Shown: positions 60,682-64,000 of the stretch, in pieces
Layout of the letters: each line of letters opens with the position of its first letter
Numbering within the stretch: the stretch's first letter is position 1
Source of the DNA: Nemertoderma westbladi
Lineage: Eukaryota; Animalia; Xenacoelomorpha
NCBI GenBank assembly: GCA_032718475.1
Contig: JAUCBJ010007580.1
Coordinates: 165,972 to 229,971, forward strand
Length of the DNA: 64,000 nt
Direction of reading: 5' to 3'
Notes under the pieces: model-generated
What the model was told of the DNA's origin: nothing
Databases searched by the model: none
What the model saw: only the letters and a program-made list of their open reading frames with translations
Made by a program: the position numbers and the translations under genes

Positions 60682-61219
60682 TGTTAGCTTATTCAATCCC
60701 GCTAACACCCCATAAAGTTAAGCCGATAAGCAATATTGGGGGCCACGAGATTGAGTAATCAATCACTCGTGCCACCCCAACAAAATGGGAAGGAGAAACA
60801 CACAATGAGGGTCAGGGGCCAAACCCCTAACCAAGAGAGAACAGGTGGAGTGAACGGAAACACTCCAAAGGGCGCCAACAAGGGTATCAACCAATCAGGG
60901 GGGGGGGGGAAAGGCATCGATTAGGTAGAGTAACAAGGCCAACCCGTGCAATATAGCCAGTTGGCAGTAATCATTTCAGTTCAGTTATCTCAGTATCATA
61001 TTGGTGCTAGTTAGGTTAGTTAGTTTAGCTAGGGAAGGACCGGGACTTTAATTACCGTTTCCCGCCTTCTGTGTACGACATCATATATCTATATCTATAT
61101 CTTTTACCTGAATATTATACGCGACAAACAACGTAAACTCACTCTTCACACTTCACACACGGCGGGGACGCGTAAATTAACAAACGGATAAACCGGGATC
61201 CTCCCTGGATCCCGTCACA
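60682..61219 (+). repeat. 3' LTR of element C (538 bp)
   Basis: The differences I can see from the 5' LTR are poly-G length and a 1 bp indel near 61154. Confidence 0.96.
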
Positions 61220-62830
61220 GCATCAGTAGTAATTGAGAGTGGCGATCATAATACAGGGAAAGATAACGTTAATGTTAACACCTGTTCTAGAGAATTCTTA
61301 AGTTGGTGAAAGAGAAAGCAAGAAAGAAAGAAAGAGCTGCGCTTCTTAATTTAATTCAAACTGTTGAGATTTCGATTTCTTGTTAAATCAGAGTGAGCGG
61401 AGCAGAATCCACACATTCCGCACCGAAAATTCCGCCGAAACGGCAAAAAAACCGAAATTTATTTAGGTTGGGGAAATTTTTTAAGGCTTTTATATTAGAA
61501 GGATTAGGTGCCAGTCTGTCTATGAGACGATATATCCTAAAAATAATATTTCATTTTGAAAATATTGACATTTTCATGGATTTTCTTTCAAGCCAAAATT
61601 TTCAAGTCACTTCAGGACTGCTTCTACATCAACAAAATGTTGTTCAGTATTAGGACTTGCGACTAATATTTCGTCAATGTACCGTATGGAAAATTTTAGT
61701 CCGAAAAGTGGAGTAGTATCTATAAGCCTTTGGAAGGTTTGGCTGGCATTTCGTAAACCAAATCGCATTCGTGTAAAAGAGAACAAACCAAGTGGTGTTA
61801 TTATAGACGTTTTAATTACATCCTCATCTGCAACAGGAATTTGATAAAATGCTTTTCGAAGATCTATTTTCGAAAAAACTATATAACTGCGGAATCATTA
61901 TGTTTATGTCCGAAATATTAGGCATTGGAAAGCAGTCGGGAATTGTTTGTTGATTTAATCGATTTAATCACAAGGAACCATCAAGTTTTGGCACCACATG
62001 AAGTGGAGAAGACCATGGGGATTCACCGCGAATTACAACATTGTTTTTGACCAAGTTATCAAATTCTATATTGATGCACTATTTAATTTCTGACCGAACA
62101 ATCACCGGGGTTTAGATGCACACTTAGGTCCTGTTTTAATTATATGATGCTTTATCAAATGTTTTATTGGGTCATTTATCTGACCAGGAGTAAAAACATT
62201 AATATATTTGTTCAGTAAATCTTTCCGTTTAGGATTTGATCTTATCAGGTTCAAATTTGAGTTTTGATTTAATAATTTTGATTTTTGTTTAATAAAACAA
62301 GCTGAATAAGAGGTTCCGCTATGTAATCTACTGTAGGTGGTCCGGCATACCCAAATATTTATCTACTTACAGTAAAACAATCCACCGTGAGTCATATTAT
62401 TGGACCTGTATAAAATAGTACATAACAAGGAAAGGCTAAATACTGTAGGTCAATTGTGACTTGTTCAAACAATATCCTAAAGGACATAGTGCCGAAAGAA
62501 AAATAGAAATGAGGAATAATAAGCTAACCACATTCCTACCAAAATACGAAAAGAACAATTTATTATCTATCCTACTACTACTAACACAGTTTGATTGATT
62601 CTGGACCGTGGACTTGCTGCTTGTATAGAAGGGCTTTTTTTGTTGTACTTTTGAGATGGATGGTGTCTTCATGGTTGCTTTAAAGTATATTTGTGTGCTT
62701 CCACAATCTATATTTATGCTGTAGTTGCGTAAGAAGTCCATTCCGAGAATGGGCTGACTTACATCAGCTAAAATGAAAGTCCAACAAAACGTTTACTTTC
62801 AGAGAGATGGAATGGAGAATTTAATTCTAC
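61220..62830 (-). pseudogene. Decayed Gypsy pol, protease/RT part (right flank of element C), with secondary insertions
   Basis: PILGMDFLRNY, KIDLRKAFYQIPV..ITPLGLFSFTRMRFGLRNASQTF, and LSITTDA, which continues as DASLIAL across the TSD. Confidence 0.8.
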
Positions 62831-62834
62831 CTTC

Positions 62835-63760
62835 CCACTCACGTCCACCAAACAATGGGTCTTCCTGGGCCCTGTCCATGACGCCAGGCTAACAGCCCTG
62901 CGGGAGTCCCTCCCACCATCCGGGGTGGCAAGATTTAACTCCCCGGACCATCCTGTCACATGCTGCTGGCCTGATGCCATCCCTGTCAGCTCTCTGGGAC
63001 TGAAGCTGACGGACTCGCAGTTCTGGGTCTCGGTTGGTACTCGTCTTGGCTGAAGGCTGACTGAGCCCCCCAGCTGTGCCCGGTGTGGCAAGGATGTTCT
63101 GTCGGATGGCCTCCATGGTCTATCCTGCTCAAGGAGCCTCGGCAGACTTCCACGCCACTCAATGTTGAACGACATTGTGCTCCAGGCGCTCATCAGCTGT
63201 GGCATCCCCACTACACTTGAGACACTAGGCTTGTGTCGGGGACGGGAAGCGAGTAGATGGTGTCACCCAGGTCCCGTGGAGCCGCGGGCGGTTCCTCACA
63301 TGGGACACGACGGTGGCGGACCCACTGGGCCCAGACGATCTACGCCGGAGGCAGTGGAAACTCTAAACATTCGAAATTACCAGGAACTCATGGACCAGGG
63401 CTACCTCTTCCACCCGGTAGCCTACGAGACCTTGGGCCGCCCCCGCCCTGAAACATCCGAGTTCCTGAAGGAGATCGGGGCAGGACTCCACTCTGTTACC
63501 CAGGAGCCCCGATCTCACCGCTTCCTCCTGCAGAGACTGGCTGTTGCCATCCTGGTCGGAAATGCGGCCTCCATTATGGGGACCGTGGACCCCTCACTCA
63601 CTAACAACGGGGGACTCTACCAGGTGGTCCATGGTCTCTAGTACCCCCCCCCCCCCCCCCCCCCCCCCCCCACTCCGACGGAACAGTCTAACCTACACCC
63701 TCCCCCTCCCCAATGAAACAGACTAACTTACACCCCCCTCTCCCCCTAGCTTTCTTATAT
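62835..63760 (+). pseudogene. 3' fragment of a CRE-like non-LTR element (Zn knuckle + restriction-like endonuclease)
   Basis: CARC..DGLHGLSC, RHSMLNDIV, DGKRVDGVT..PW..G..LTWDTTV, FHPVAYETLG and QRLAVAILVGNA. Confidence 0.82.
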
Positions 63761-64000
63761 TAATATGTTATTAATATTTACATAATTTCTTTATTATGAC
63801 TAAATATAAATAACTGGGACACAATCCAATTAAATCGCATCTATTAAACCGAATACTTACAACTAATTAATATAAAGGAATAGGGTTAGCTCACAATAAT
63901 GATCCTTCAATAATTACAACACAAGCTGAAAATCTGATTTGGTTTCATATAGGAATGTAAGTATATAGAGAAGGAACCCTGTGTATCCAATATAGACCCC

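Larger units (their letters stand above)
47054..61219 (+). mobile_element. Full-length BEL/Pao LTR retrotransposon C (14,166 bp) with ORF3
   Basis: Near-identical LTRs 47054-47593 and 60682-61219. TSD GCATC at 47049-47053 and 61220-61224, PPT at 60673-60681, and domain order Gag-PR-RT-RH-IN. Confidence 0.97.

Noticed and set aside
61389-61600. Possible DNA-transposon end inserted in the decayed Gypsy
   Set aside because: It interrupts pol homology, but no partner TIR or TSD was found.

Overview
Eukaryotic, almost certainly invertebrate metazoan, genomic DNA. It is a nest of transposable elements around one host gene. LTR elements: (A) a non-autonomous BEL/Pao element at 1-~6100, cut by the window start; (B) a non-autonomous BEL/Pao element at 26366-37464 with TSD ATACT and an unknown extra ORF; (C) a full-length 14.2 kb BEL/Pao element at 47054-61219 with TSD GCATC; an apparently intact CsRN1-like Ty3/Gypsy element at 38458-42956 (minus strand, TSD CAGT, identical LTRs); and a decayed Gypsy split by element C. 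Also present are several LINEs (RTEX-like, RTE-like, CR1-group, CRE-like), a THAP/P-type transposase remnant, Helentron-like non-autonomous elements and a MITE. The host gene encodes a predicted secreted coiled-coil + fibrinogen-domain protein, and the Gypsy element lies in its first intron. The most interesting signals are in the BEL/Pao lineage. Element C has a third ORF that looks like a WRN/Mut-7-type DEDDy 3'-5' exonuclease fused to three CCHC knuckles. Elements B and C have no tRNA PBS and instead carry LTR-complementary sequence at the PBS position, which suggests Tf1-like self-priming. Elements A and C share covarying RNA structures around the PPT and hairpin arrays after pol. Separately, a Helentron-like element carries a tandem array of CTCF-consensus motifs. 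All family calls are by eye from motifs and no searches were run.
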